Part shown: positions 63,409 through 64,000 of the stretch, in pieces
Layout: each line of letters starts with the position of its first letter
Position numbering within the stretch: the stretch's first letter is position 1
Assembly: GCA_964019425.1 (NCBI GenBank)
Contig: OZ025788.1
Span: 124,001-188,000 of the forward strand
Reading direction: 5' to 3'
Length of the DNA: 64,000 bases
From: Flectonema sp. DT1601
Taxonomy: Eukaryota
The notes under the pieces: generated by a model
Database searches by the model: none
What the model saw: the letters and a program-made list of their open reading frames with translations, nothing else
Told to the model about the DNA's origin: nothing
Position numbers and translations under genes: made by a program

Positions 63409-64000
63409 CTGTTTGTATGATTTTACTTCATTGTTGTTAGTTGACAAAGTCAATGCCACACTTTCGAATTTGACTGCCCAAGTGGAGTTAATCCAAAGGC
63501 TCACTTATCCCTTGCGAGGGGCAGGGGGATTTTTAATGGTATAAAAAATAATTTCGTAGGAACTACTTTTTTCTCCCCGGTTCGTGACAGGCATGACTCA
63601 CGACCAACATTGACCATCGCCAAAAGGTCAACCCTCCAGAGACATGAACTGGTAGCTTGGATGACAAAGAAGGATATCTCGAAGTGGGGGGAAATCCCTA
63701 AGCAGTAACAGCCATGATAAAAGCGGTTGTTGCACAAAATGGAAGGGTAGATCGGGTAGATCCAAAGATCGTGAGACTTTTGCAGAGTTAACAATCCCAC
63801 CCACGAACGTAGACTCAGCAGTTACTGAAGAACGCGGGAACAGACAAGATTTCTTCTGAATCAAACAAACGTGTCACAGGCATCCTAAGGAATTTGGCAA
63901 TATCCTCCCAGCTTCCTCCTTTGGTGAATACTAAAATTATGACTTTTATTTCTCGGCTGATCATCCAGGGCCGGTGATCGACAGGATCGTCTCGAGGTCG

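Noticed and set aside
1..64000. Genome-wide stop-codon reassignment (UGA=Trp)
   Set aside because: Conserved Trp positions use TGG, and several genes (e.g. ENDOV, ADPRM) end normally at TGA.
63440..64000. GC-balanced sequence at the right edge, possibly more mobile-element debris inside an intron
   Set aside because: No diagnostic motif or sustained ORF recognised.

Overview
AT-rich eukaryotic nuclear DNA, most likely from a euglenozoan protist and probably a diplonemid. This is an inference from four observations: all ~26 protein genes lie head-to-tail on the minus strand like a polycistronic, trans-spliced unit; short canonical GT-AG cis-introns are frequent; ARL13 carries an N-terminal D/D domain as in trypanosomes; and an rRNA fragment has kinetoplastid-like helix-91 wording. 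Recognisable genes are cobalamin-dependent methionine synthase (missed by the ORF track), a NARG2/ICE2-domain protein, an OCA2/P-like permease, a 2267-aa coiled-coil protein with a homogenised repeat array, an Alba-like protein, a divergent PTS2-bearing galactokinase, a CSC1/OSCA channel, APRT, a degenerate receptor cyclase, TMEM53, endonuclease V, an AAA ATPase with zinc ribbons, ARL13, an ADPRM-like phosphoesterase and an acylated PDZ-cytochrome b5 protein. The most unusual observations are: (1) a permuted, internally deleted LSU rRNA peptidyl-transferase/sarcin-ricin fragment; (2) a Cys-rich secreted ORF whose frame continues through an in-frame UGA (CLV*GHC); (3) a tRNA-Thr(CGU) with C33 instead of U33; (4) nested retroelement debris just upstream of that tRNA, including an unfamiliar triple Cys/His motif; (5) cis-intron acceptors that are A/C-rich whereas presumed trans-splice acceptors are U-rich; (6) a 9-bp satellite filling an intron. 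All calls were made by eye without database searches.
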